Below the pieces are notes generated by a model. The model was given only the letters and a program-made list of their open reading frames with translations. It did no database searches and was not told where the DNA came from. The position numbers and the translations under genes were made by a program. This document shows, one piece after another, positions 13,426-25,672 of a stretch of 64,000 nucleotides of DNA (position 1 is the stretch's first letter; every line of letters begins with the position of its first letter). Source of the DNA: Eledone cirrhosa (taxonomy: Eukaryota); assembly GCA_964016885.1 (NCBI GenBank), contig OZ024753.1, positions 7,626,001 through 7,690,000 of the forward strand, given 5' to 3'.

Positions 13426-14204
13426 AATAATAATAATTGTTTCTACTATACGCACAAGACCAGCAATTTTGGAGGAGGGGAAAGTTGATTAAATCGACCC
13501 CAGTGTATTACTGGTGCTTTATTTTATCGACCCGGTAAGGATGAAAAACAAAGCTAACCTCAGCAGGATTTGAACTCCTATCACTGCCTTGTCACCTTCA
13601 CACTAACAACAGATACTTAGTTAACTGGAGATTGTTAGGCCTATAAAGACTTTCCAGAGGTGAGTTTTGTCATAAAAACAATACACACCGTTGCCAGTGA
13701 TGGCATTCGAAATATGCATTCATCATTAAATACGCTGACATGCTATCCTTTCAGAGAATGGGGGTCAAAACTCAGTTCAAATGCTACTTAGCTTCTGCTT
13801 CTGCAGCTGCTAATAGTTAAAAGAAAAATAAATTTAAAATGAAAGGCAACACAATTGCTTAAAACTACACTGCGCATGTGCATGTAGCATGATCTATACC
13901 AAGAAACCAAATGGATATAATGATTTCCAACCGAATGCACTTTCATTACGTACAAAGCTTGATCTAATGTGAAGTAAAGCACAAGCAATTAAAATTTTAT
14001 TTTCAATGTTTGTTTCTAAATAAATATTACCAAGTCTGCACTATGCCCCGAATTCTTTCCAAGTAATGAACTGTAATATCTTCCCTTTAGAAGAAGTATT
14101 TCCCCAACTCTGATTCATCTCTCCTCCTAGCTGCTATCTGTCATTATGAATTAAGTATAAAGAAAGCGTCTTCCATTTTGTTATTAAAGCAGATAAAGCT
14201 TGCT

Positions 14205-14950
14205 CGTTTGTTGTTGATATAACCCCATAGCTGAGCAGTATTAGCTGGCTTCCTACAATTTTCATATAATCCCCAGGTTGAGAACTTTTAGCTGGCTTCC
14301 TACAAGTTTGATATAATCCCACAACTGAAAACTTTTAGCTGGCTTCCTACAAGTTTGATATAGTCCCACGGCTGAGGACTTCTAGCTGGCTTCGTACAAG
14401 TTTGATATAGCCCCTCGGCAGAGGACTTTTAGCTGGCTTCCTACAAGTTTGATATAGCCCCACGGCAGAGGACTTTTAGCTGGCTTCCTACAAGTTTCAT
14501 ATAGTCCCACAACTGAAAACCTTTAGCTGGCTTCCTACAAGTTTCATATAGCCCCACGGCTGAGGACTTTTAGCTGGCTTCCTACAAGTTTGATATAGTC
14601 CCACGGCTGAGGACTTTTAGCTGGCTTCCTACAAGTTTGATATAGTCCCACAACTGAAAACTTTTAGCTGGCTTCCTACAAGTTTGATATAGCCCCACGG
14701 CTGAGGACTTTTAGCTGGCTTCTCCTGAGTTTGATATAGTCCCACGACTGAGGACTTTTAGCTGGCTTCCTACAAGTTTGATATAGTCCCACAACTGAAA
14801 ACTTTTAGCTGGCTTCCTACAAGTTTGATATAGCCCCACAGCTGAGGACTTTTAGCTGGCTTCCTACAAGTTTCATATAGCCCCACGGCTGAGGAGTTTT
14901 AGCTGGCCTGCCATGAGTTTGATATAACACCTCAGCTGAGGACTTTTAGC
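14205..14950. repeat. 47-bp minisatellite, ~15 units
   Basis: GAGGACTTTTAGCTGGCTTCCTACAAGTTTGATATAGCCCCACGGCT with a CAACTGAAA variant unit. Confidence 0.95.
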
Positions 14951-14981
14951 CTAACCCTAACCGTAACCCTCCTACAAGAGT

Positions 14982-15040
14982 GGGAGAGACCGTCCTGATG
15001 AGGACCAGTTAAGTTCGAAATCCATTGACGATTGTCCCCC
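14982..15040 (+). ncRNA. Minimal type I hammerhead ribozyme, copy 1 of a tandem pair
   Basis: GACCGTC-CTGATGA-GGAC(cagttaa)GTTC-GAAA-T(cc)A-TT-GACGATT. Confidence 0.72.
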
Positions 15041-15064
15041 TTGCTTCCGTTGGACACCACCAGT

Positions 15065-15123
15065 GGGAGGGATCATCCTGATGAAGACCAGTTAAGTTCG
15101 AAATGTATTAACGATTGTCCCCC
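15065..15123 (+). ncRNA. Minimal type I hammerhead ribozyme, copy 2 (83-bp period)
   Basis: GATCATC-CTGATGA-AGAC(cagttaa)GTTC-GAAA-T(gt)A-TT-AACGATT. Confidence 0.65.
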
Positions 15124-15721
15124 TTGCTTCTGCTGGACACCAGCAGAGGGCGATAAACCGGGTGTTTTGCATAGCTACGGCTTTCTAAATGTTTATCAAT
15201 AAACATACCGTATTTCTTTAGAAATACGAAATTTCAATACATATCTGAATACAGCTATGCATGAAGCTAATTCCTAATTCTATTTTATTTATGCATTTAT
15301 TACTTTGTCATAAATAAATATTATATAAAAAAAAAAAGCTCAGTATCAGACTTGAAGCTCTAAGATCGTCTGAGATAGCACAGCGGACAGTTAGGCCATT
15401 CATTATTTAAGCAAACAAACGTGATAAAATCGGTGACGCCTAAATTAATTGCTAGTTCGATGTGTTTGTTAGATTTAGAGATGGTTGCGTAGTGGTGTAG
15501 TGTTGTGTGATGCTGTGGAGGTGGTGTATGTGTGGGAGATGGAAAGTAATGAAAGCTGTGAGTGTTGTGGGTATCATATCAAACAGGATGAACGTGTAGC
15601 AATTTGATACAATAGAGCTAGATATGCTGCTTGAAAGACCTAGAATTTTCCAATGGAAGGGATGATGGGTGAGGGCGGTGTTTGGAGGGGGGGGGGGATG
15701 AAATACCGAAATTATATTCTA

Positions 15722-15983
15722 TTTCAGAGAGGATGAAATAAGAACACATTTTTAAAAAAAAAACGCAATGATGATAATAATAATAATAATAATAATAATA
15801 ATTGTTTCTACTTTAGGCACAAGGCCAGCAATTACCAGTGCATTACTGGTACTTTCAGAGAGGATGAAATAAGAACACATTTTTAAAAAAAAAACGCAAT
15901 GATGATAATAATAATAATAATAATAATAATAATTGTTTCTACTTTTGGCACAAGGCCAGCAATTACTCAGTGCATTACTGGTA
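15722..15983. repeat. 131-bp tandem duplication containing a minus-strand SINE tail and its flank
   Basis: TTTCAGAGAGGATGAAATAAGAAC...GCATTACTGGTA occurs twice. Confidence 0.92.
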
Positions 15984-15997
15984 AATAATAAATAATA

Positions 15998-16039
<42 letters not shown>

Positions 16040-16198
16040 TTGTATTATATATATTTTTATATATATATATATTTATATATATATTTATATTATATATATT
16101 TATATATATATTTATATATATCTATATATTTATATAAATATATATATGTATATATATATAACTATATATATTTATATATATATATTTATATATATATA

Positions 16199-16243
<45 letters not shown>

Positions 16244-16244
16244 T

Positions 16245-16336
<92 letters not shown>

Positions 16337-16341
16337 ATACG

Positions 16342-16379
<38 letters not shown>

Positions 16380-16477
16380 ACACGCATATATATATAATAT
16401 ATATATATATATACATATATATATTTATCTATATATATACATATATATATTTATATCTATACACATATATATAGAAA

Positions 16478-16541
<64 letters not shown>

Positions 16542-16549
16542 CGCACACT

Positions 16550-16602
<53 letters not shown>

Positions 16603-16682
16603 GAATAAACAATAAATAAACAATAAATAAATAAATATAGAAACAAATATATAAATAAATATATAAATAAATATATAAATAT
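15984..16682. repeat. (TA)n-rich tract
   Basis: Directly visible. Confidence 0.95.
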
Positions 16683-17259
16683 GCATGAAATCTCGAATGA
16701 CAGTCACCGGAAACAGATGTAAAATCGAACTTTTCGCAACATGTCAGAGGCCCAGTGCGCACGTTTGTGGCTTTCCGGTAGTATTTTTAGAAGCTGTCTG
16801 AAAGATCGACAAAACAGGCAGAAATGGCGAAGAAATGTGGGCTGATGGAGTCAAAGAACAAAGAAATGAGGGGGAAGGTTAGGGCAATATTATCCGAGAA
16901 TATGTGTGGCTACAAATGCGTGCGTGCTTTCTGCATTACTGCACATGTAATTGCATGATGCACGCGCGTAATCATATATATGCACACGTCCGCATACATA
17001 CATGCATACGTATACACACACGTACGTAAATGCATACATACATACGTACGTACGTATGTATGTAGACTTATACATGCATACACACACGTACAAACATACA
17101 TATGTACATACACACACACGTAATACACACATATATATATATAAACATAAACACATACGTATATATATATATATATATATATACATACACACATACGTAC
17201 GTACATACATATATATACATACATACATACATATATATATATACATACATACATATATA

Positions 17260-18125
17260 TGGTGGCTGCCAACTCGTTTTCGAGTACGGCCACTACTTTA
17301 TATCCATGTAGGAGAACCCCTACCGATGCGCTGAACAAGTGTGACTTTTTAGTCCAGCCAGCGACTTGAAAACTCTGGTACAAACACTACACTTGTGACA
17401 ATTATTGACACAGAGTGCTGAGCCCATGGTACCATGTGACGACAAGTGCAGAGAGATCTCCAGATATAAAGCAATGCCTGTGCCGTGAAGCTTTTATAGT
17501 GAGCAAAGGCACTTCACAAAGCCAGTCCCACTCTCTTAACCAAGATGATATTACCAAAAAGAAGAACAAGTCAACATCATTGGATACCATCAGAGTTGTA
17601 GGTGTTATATCAGAGTTTTCCTTCTCTTAACATACATACACACATACATACATATAAACATGGTGGCTGCCAACTCGTTTTCGAGTACGGCCACTACTTT
17701 ATATCCATGTAGAACCCCTACCGATGCGCTGAACGAGTGTGATTTTTTAGTCCAGCCAGCGACTTGAAAACTCTGGTACAAACACTACACTTGTGACAAT
17801 TATTGACACATAGTGCTGGGCCCATGGTACCATGTGACGACAAGTGCAGAGAGATCTCCAGATATAAAGCAATGCCTGTGCTGTGAAGCTTTTATAGTGA
17901 GCAAAGGCACTGCACAAAGCCAGTCCCACTCTCTTAACCAAGATGACATTACCAAAAAGAAGAACAAGTCAACATCATTGGATACCATCAGGGTTGCAGG
18001 TGTTATATCAGAGTTTTCCTTCTCTTAACATACATACACACATACATACATATAAACATGGTGGCTGCCAACTCGTTTTCGAGTACTGCACAAAGCCAGT
18101 CCCACTCTCTTAAACAAGATGATAT
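17260..18125 (-). mobile_element. RTE-tailed short retroelement, two tandem copies (~400-bp period) plus a deleted third
   Basis: Minus-strand 3' part encodes the RTE-type terminal zinc finger ([19 protein letters not shown]...H*), then a terminal stem-loop and (TA)n; other copies at 44262, 44732, 52536 and 61051. Confidence 0.75.
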
Positions 18126-18431
18126 AAACATACACATATAAACATACACATACGTACATACATAAATACATACATACGTATATATATATATATAGGTACG
18201 CACACACTTTCACACACACACACACATGCGTACAGACACACACACATACATACATACACACGCATGTATACGCACACACATACATACGTACATACACACA
18301 TACATACATTCACAAACACACACACACCTATATATACATATTCACACACAAACACACACACACTTACATATAAACAGCAAATGTAATCGAATGACGTAGG
18401 AAGGTAAATAAATAAATGTTGTTGAAAGCAA

Positions 18432-18572
18432 TTGGCAGTATCGGTAGAGGGTTGGACGCCATTCTTTACAGCATAGTGTTATGGCCCTTTACGGTCACCG
18501 TTCAAATCCCGCCGGGGTTAACTCTGCCTTTCATCACTACGGGGTCGATAAAATAAAGTACCAGTAATACAC
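18432..18572 (+). mobile_element. tRNA-derived SINE, 3'-truncated
   Basis: A/B boxes and core; runs into a GACA satellite. Confidence 0.85.
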
Positions 18573-18573
18573 T

Positions 18574-19328
18574 TAGACAGTAAGACAGACAGAGAATCAG
18601 GCAGAGAGACAGACAGTCAGACGGAGAATCAGGCAGTCAGTCAGACAGAGAATCAGAGAGACAGGCAGTCAGACAGACAGGCGGTCAGACAGACAGCTAG
18701 TGGGACAGTTAGACAGACAGCCAGACAGTGACAGTGTCAGATAGAGACAGACAAACTAACAGTCACAGACAGTCAGACAGAGACAGTGTCAGATAGTTAG
18801 AGAGACAGTCAGACAGACAGACATACAGTCAGACAGAGACAGAGATTCAGCCAGCCAGCCAGACAGACAGTCAGACAGGCCGTCAGACAGACAGAGAGTC
18901 ATCCAGCAGACAGTGACAGTGTCAAATAGTTAGAGAGGCAGTCAGACAGACAGACAGAGAGTCATCCAACAGACAGTGACAGTGTCAAATAGTTAGAGAG
19001 GCAGTCAGACAGGCCTGTCAGACAGACAGAGTCAGCCAGCCAGACAATGACAGTGTCAAATAGTTAGAGAGGCAGTCAGACATGCCTGTCAGACAGACAG
19101 AGAGTCCGTCAGACAGACAGACAGTCACAGCCAGACATTGACGGTGTCAGATAGTTAGAGAGACTGTCACATAGGCCGTCAGACAGACAGAGAGTCAGCC
19201 AGACAGACAGACAGTCACAACCAGACATTGACAGTGTCAGATAGTTAGAGAGGCAGTCAGACAGGCCGTCAGACAGACAGTCACAGCCAGACAGACAGAC
19301 AGTGTCAAATAGTTAGAGAGACTGTTAG
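18574..19328. repeat. GACA/GTCA-based compound satellite
   Basis: Recurrent GACAGTGTCA(A/G)ATAGTTAGAGAG units among (GACA)n. Confidence 0.88.
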
Positions 19329-19423
19329 CCAACTTTCAATACATGTGATATCCATTAACATATTTCCTCAGCTAAGTGAACTACTTCACTCACTGATCAA
19401 TACTCAGATATGTTACTACGCAT

Positions 19424-19459
<36 letters not shown>

Positions 19460-19474
19460 GTGTGTGTGGGGGTG

Positions 19475-19526
<52 letters not shown>

Positions 19527-19608
19527 CATGTATATATATACACACATATATATGTATATATATTTATATATATATATATATGTGTGTGTATACAAACATC
19601 TGTGTGTG

Positions 19609-19660
<52 letters not shown>

Positions 19661-19906
19661 CACACAATGTATATATATATTTATATATATTTATGTATAT
19701 ATATTTATATATATATACACACATATACACACCTTTTTTACTCCTATCCGCGTTCCAGACGTCTGGGTGGAATTTGCACACATATACACACATATACACA
19801 AATATACATACATGAATTAATACATTGGATCGTGAAGTATGAAATTTGTAGAAAACATTAACAAACTTTGTTTTTTCCTACACATTTCATACTTGACAAC
19901 CCAATA

Positions 19907-19950
<44 letters not shown>

Positions 19951-20063
19951 AAGGAAAAGCGAAGTAATTTCAGATGTTCAAGTCCTTTTATAATAATGCT
20001 GTGATATATATTTCAATGGCGACACTGGCAACACTTCTGTGCGCGAGTGTCGTGTCATCATCA

Positions 20064-20226
20064 GACAGCTTGTTACATAATAAGGTTGTTTCCGAGGCAA
20101 TCCAAATTTGTGAATTGGTACTCACAAGGGAACGGATGAAAAACCCAAAAGCACGAACTTCATCCGTTCCCATGTCGATTCAATTTGGATTGCCTCGGAA
20201 ACAACCTTATTATGTAACAAGCTGTC
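20064..20226. repeat. Fold-back inverted repeat (45-bp arms) with an inner 13-bp hairpin
   Basis: 20064-20108 is the reverse complement of 20182-20226; GGGAACGGATGAA/TTCATCCGTTCCC lies inside. Confidence 0.9.
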
Positions 20227-20480
20227 GGTGGATTGGCAGTATCGGTAGAGGGTCGGACGCCATGCTTTCCAGCATAGTTACGTCCCTTTACGATCTGAGT
20301 TCAAATCCCGCCGAGGTTAAATAAAGTGTGAATTGCAATATATATTATATACGTATGTGTACACAATACATATATTAGTTTATTATATATATCCCGCCGA
20401 GGTTAACTTTGCCTTTCATCCTTACGGGGTCGATAAAATAAAGTACCAGTAATACACTAGATAATTGCTGGCCTTGTGCC
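20226..20480 (+). mobile_element. tRNA-derived SINE interrupted by a 70-bp insertion with a 16-bp duplication
   Basis: ATCCCGCCGAGGTTAA at 20305-20320 and 20391-20406. Confidence 0.88.
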
Positions 20481-20481
20481 A

Positions 20482-21190
20482 GTATGTGTGTGTATGTAGC
20501 TTGTGGAGGTGTGTATGTCTTTGTGTATGTATGCGTGTGTATGTAGCTTGTGGAGGTGTGTATGTCTTTGTGTATGTATGCGTGTGTATGTAGCTTGTGG
20601 AGGTGTGTATGTCTTTGTGTATGTATGCGTGTGTATGTAGCTTGTGGAGGTGTGTATGTCTTTGTGTATGTATGCGTGTGTATGTAGCTTGTGGAGGTGT
20701 GTATGTCTTTGTGTATATATGCGTGTGTATGTAGCTTGTGGAGGTGTGTATGTATTTGTGTATGTATGTACGTGTATGTATGCGTGTATACGTAGCTTGT
20801 GAAGGTGTGTATGTCTGTGTATGTATGTACGTGTATGTAGCTTCTGGAGGTGTGTATGTCTTTGTGTATGTATGCGTGTGTATGTAGCTTGTGAAGGTGT
20901 GTATGTCTTTGTGTATGTATGTACGTGTATGTATGCGGTTGTATGTAGCTTGTGGAGGTGTGTATGTCTTTGTGTATGTATGTACGTGTATGTATGCATG
21001 TGTATGTAGCTTGTGGAGGTGTGTATGTCTTTGTGTATGTATGCATGTGTATGTAGCTTGTGGAGGTGTGTATGTATTTGTGTATGTATGTACGTGTATG
21101 TATGTACGCGTATGTAGCTTGTGGGCGTGTGCATGTCTTTGTGTATGTATGCGTGTGTAAGTAGCTTGTGGAGGTGTGTATGTGTTTATA
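20482..21190. repeat. 47/59-bp minisatellite
   Basis: TAGCTTGTGGAGGTGTGTATGTCTTTGTGTATGTATGCGTGTGTATG units, some with a 12-bp expansion. Confidence 0.93.
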
Positions 21191-21639
21191 AGTGTAGGCG
21201 TGTATGTGTATATACAAGAGATGTTGGAATGTCCCGTGGTTTACCTGTCACACACAACACTCGTTCACCTAGAACTGTTAAAACTTTTAATACGAGATAT
21301 GGGTCGATACATTGGCACAGAGCATCAAAAGCACATTTCCTAAATAATAAAATAACAAACATACATCATACCCCATACAGTGTTATGACATACAAACTGA
21401 TATATTTCTCTGAGGATGACCCCCTCTCTCACTTCCTCTTTCTATGTCTCTTCCTCTCTCTCTCTCTCTGTCTCTCTCCTCTCTTTCACTCTCTCCCACT
21501 CTCTCTCTCTCTTCCTCTTTCCCTGTCTCTCTCTCCTTCTCTATCTGTCACTCTCTTTAATATTCTCTCTCTTTACCCCTTTGTCTTCTTTCATATATAT
21601 GTATATGTATGTATATATATATATATATATATATATGAA

Positions 21640-21766
21640 TAGATTCAGGAACCCGACGGCTGAGCTCCGGCCGTTTCGACACCTGGATCCGAACTCTATT
21701 AACCCGAGTATCGAGTACTCTGGTGGGTTATGGTCCACCTGGTATTTTACCACATCCGTTTCTGAT
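21640..21766. mobile_element. Rearranged copy of the 24433-family fold-back element
   Basis: GACGGCTGAGCTCCGGCCGTTTCGAC (inverted arm) joined to GTATCGAGTACTCTGGTG...TTACCACA; flanked by (TA)n. Confidence 0.7.
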
Positions 21767-21774
21767 ATAGATAT

Positions 21775-21827
<53 letters not shown>

Positions 21828-21836
21828 AACACACAT

Positions 21837-21971
<135 letters not shown>

Positions 21972-22397
21972 CATATAAGTACACGATGAGTACAACCGGT
22001 TTCTACTACTACTCCTGGGTTCGGGCAGTCATTGGTGACCAGAAAAATCTCTCTGATGTTGTCCTAGGCGAGAAGAAAGTGATCCGTCCTCTAAGTAGGT
22101 AAAGTTTAAAAAATCTGTTCCAAGCCCGGAACAACAACTTCCTTCTAGCATCATGTGAAGCCTCGACTTGGCTTGTTCTGTTACGTCATACGACTCCCAA
22201 ATTAGAGAAATGCTAATCAGATCTTGTATTGGTGCCCCCGTCCCCCTGCCCATGAAAAGAGGCGACGAGGAGGTCCCAAAAGTTGGAACAATATATTAAT
22301 AGATACAACTAACCGTGGTCATTGGAGCAATTTGTTTGCTCCATGCGTCTCAGGACGTGGGAGCTTCTAAGTATAAGTGAAACTTGGAAGTACACTC

Positions 22398-22510
22398 AAG
22401 CCGGTGCTTATCCAAGTTTCGATGGCGTTAACTGACTGAGATGACAATACTCTCTGCTGGAGAAGACCCGAGTCCATCACGGGGTTTAAGCCCAGGTTTT
22501 GCTGGTAGCT
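22398..22510 (-). mobile_element. Decayed 3' part of the CORE-type SINE
   Basis: GCCGGTGCTTATCC...GTCCATCACGGGGTTTAA...TTGCTGGTA resembles 52800-52908. Confidence 0.6.
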
Positions 22511-22799
22511 AAGGCATAGTTATAGTTATTTATAGATTGACTGTTGGTTTAGTTTTTACTTGTAGTCTATCGTTCAACATAACCTTTCCTTCATCTGGGT
22601 CTGTCAGTAGATAGCACTTCCACGCCCTCTCCCTGTCAATGGTGCTCAACAAGATTTAGAAAACGGTTTATGAAAGGGAACCAAATTTCCTGCAATACGT
22701 CCCTTGCGTAACAGACCCCCCCCCCCCCCCCGAATTTTCAGAAGTTCCCTACACATCCAGCACCAAAACCTAGGGATGGACCTGAGCCAATCTCCTTCC

Positions 22800-23280
22800 C
22801 AGCCAGAGATTTCACGGTGGGGAACAAGACTGTGAAAACAGCAATAAGGAAAGCGATGAATTTTCACAATCACAGTCGACGAAGGACAAAGACGTGACTG
22901 TCGAAACAGCAATGAGGAAAATGGTGAGATTTCACTTTCAGAGACGAGACTGTCGAAGTAGCAATGAGGAAAATAACGAGATTTCACTTTCAGAGACGAG
23001 ACTGTCGAAACAGCAATGAAGAAAATGACGCGATTTCACTTTCAAAGACGAGATTTTAAAAGCAGCAAGGAAACAAATGATGAGAATTCACTTTCAGAGA
23101 CGAGACTGTCGAAAATGACGAGATTTCACTTTCAGAGTTGAGATTGCTAAAACAACAATGACACAAATGATGAGGTTTTACTTTCAGAGATGAAATTGCC
23201 AAAGTAGTAATGACAAAACTGATGAGATTTCACATTCAGAGACGAGACCACCAAAGGAGCTATGACGAAAATGATGACGA
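22800..23280. repeat. Degenerate ~52-bp minisatellite
   Basis: GAGATTTCACTTTCAGAGACGAGACTGTCGAAACAGCAATGAGGAAAAT, about 9 units. Confidence 0.85.
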
Positions 23281-23976
23281 GGTTGCAACGGCAAAGAAAT
23301 AAGCTGACTTATTAATCAATGTCTAATATTTTAGGTTCAGTATTTATTCAATACATTGAAAGAACGTCCCATATTATGTGAGGTTTTAAACAACGTCCTG
23401 TGTGCTTTTAAGCAGCTTTGACAGCTACCAACATATTATTTGTGGAGCACTCAAACAGATCATGCGCCGCGCATCTTAAAATTTACTAAACAAATAAACA
23501 AAACAACCAAAAAAAAAAAATGCGAACAAGATTTCTTATAATAGGCGCAAAGCCACCAAAAAATTGTAGAAGGGGAGAGACAGGATCGATTAAATCGAAT
23601 TCAAGTACGAAGAGAAGAAGGTGGAGAAGAAGAAGAAGAAGAAGAAGAAGAAGAAGAAGAAGAAGAAGAAGAAGAAGAAGAAGAAGAAGAAGAAGAATGC
23701 GTTGGTTTTCAACAGCGAATTACATATGATGCAAGAGTGCACGAGTGCACTTTAGCACATGCTAAAACTGTTGCATGAGCTCAACTGCATAGACAGGAAA
23801 TCTGCCAAAAAAGTTTTTTTCAAATAATATATTTACGGCACACACACACAAACGAACACACATTTCCATGCATATGTACAAACAGAGTAAAAACCAACAT
23901 TACATACACACACATACAGATCCCGCTTTAGGGTGAAAGCAGAAATTGCTGATGATAAATATTTGGTGTATGAGTT

Positions 23977-24053
<77 letters not shown>

Positions 24054-24059
<6 letters not shown>

Positions 24060-24402
24060 ATTAAATAAATGGAAACTATATTTATAAAACCATATTTATT
24101 TCGTTATATATATTTCAGGGATATCATATTAACAAAATGTTATGCCTTCTTCAGACAAAATACAATATAAACAGTCTTACAAATAAATTTGTAAGACTGT
24201 TTATATTGTATTTTGTCTGAAGAAGGCATAACATATTGTTAATATGATATCCCTGAAATATATATAACGAAATAAATATGGTTTTATAAATATAGTTTCC
24301 ATTTATTTAATATCATAAATATACTCCAAATACCTGTTGAGTGCTTTTATATCAGTTATAAATATTTACTCGTTGTTAACCCAACAATTTAAATATAACT
24401 TT

Positions 24403-24405
<3 letters not shown>
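24054..24405. mobile_element. Penelope-like pseudo-LTR fold-back element (131-bp arms, 2-nt loop) inside (TA)n
   Basis: 24054-24184 and 24187-24317 are reverse complements with one mismatch seen; carries a hammerhead on each strand; right part homologous to 35804-35998. Confidence 0.8.
24209..24274 (+). ncRNA. Type I hammerhead ribozyme (mirror copy on the minus strand at 24097-24162)
   Basis: TATTTTGT-CTGAAGA-AGG...CATATT/AATATG...CCT-GAAA-TATATA-TA-ACGAAATA. Confidence 0.85.
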
Positions 24406-24432
<27 letters not shown>

Positions 24433-24437
<5 letters not shown>

Positions 24438-24635
24438 AAAAGAGTCAGGACCCCGACGGGTGAGCTCTGGCCGTTCCGACAGCTAGATCTGAACTGGCTA
24501 GATCTAGTTGTCGAAACGGCCGGAGCTCAGCCGTCGGGGTCCTGACTATTTTCCTATTACCCACTCTTCGACCCAAAGTATCGAGTACTCTGGTGCGTTA
24601 TGGTCCACCAGGTTCCTTACCACACTTCCTTCGTT
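24433..24635. mobile_element. Fold-back element (~58-bp arms) with the 3' half of a hammerhead
   Basis: 24433-24490 inverts 24500-24557; GAAA-CGGC(cggagctca)GCCG-TC is present, CTGANGA is absent; relatives at 21640, 27345, 36165, 39160 and 53112. Confidence 0.72.
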
Positions 24636-24641
24636 ATATAT

Positions 24642-24725
<84 letters not shown>

Positions 24726-24731
24726 TATAAT

Positions 24732-24993
24732 ATATAAGAACAAAAGATGGTTAAAAGAGTTCCATGTATTTTATTATGCGCATTTCAAAAACAAATATCA
24801 TCAAGCAATAATATTTGTGTTTTCATCAGATAAAACAGGAAGACATGATATGAAGGTTAAAAAACACTTGTGGATAGTGCAGTTTTAAACCTTTTGTTCT
24901 TATATATTATGTATACTCCAGTCCTACAAACTGTAGAGTGCTTCTTATCCGATATCTGCACTGCTTTATTGTACTACAATAAAACTCACCTCC

Positions 24994-24999
<6 letters not shown>
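24732..24999. mobile_element. Penelope-like fragment of the 51445 family with a minus-strand hammerhead (24767-24836)
   Basis: Minus: TTTTAT-CTGATGA-AAACACAAATATT...GATATTTGTTTTT-GAAA-TGCGCA-TA-ATAAAA; 24891-24999 is the inverted counterpart of 51443-51550. Confidence 0.8.
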
Positions 25000-25069
<70 letters not shown>

Positions 25070-25255
25070 CAAACAGCACGGACACTCTATCTCAAAATTA
25101 TTTTTGAAAAGCATTTAGAAATGCGCAACCGGTAAAAACTTAAAAACTTAAAACCACAACTGAATACTAAACCATACAATCACTAATACTCTTTTATTCC
25201 TAATTAAACCATTTTTCAACTGTGAACAATTTGTCAGCATTTTCTATTCCGTTTA

Positions 25256-25326
<71 letters not shown>

Positions 25327-25597
25327 GTATATATATACATACATCTCAGTTTGACAATCGCAACAGAGAGACGAATACGAGAATGTTCTCCAACCAAAGT
25401 TAACCAGGAATCTCTAAAATGCTTCCCACCGAAGTTAACGAAGAACTTACTGGATCTACCAACTCATAATATCATAATATTATAAAATTAAATCCCCCAA
25501 AAATGTTTTAACACTACAAGTGAAGTCATTCTTTTCCTTTTTTTCGTATATATATATATATATATATTAGTATTCGTGCTCTATAACTCTCAAGAAA

Positions 25598-25672
25598 AGC
25601 AAAGGGGTATGTAGTCTTGACAACCACTTACAAGTGAGAAACGGTACTACCGTCTATTACTCCCCTTTGTTT
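25598..25672 (+). ncRNA. Decayed hammerhead ribozyme
   Basis: AAAGGGG...TTGACAA (CTGACGA with two transitions)-cCACTT(ac)AAGTGa-GAAA-CGGTA(c)TACCG-TC-TATTACTCCCCTTT. Confidence 0.55.
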
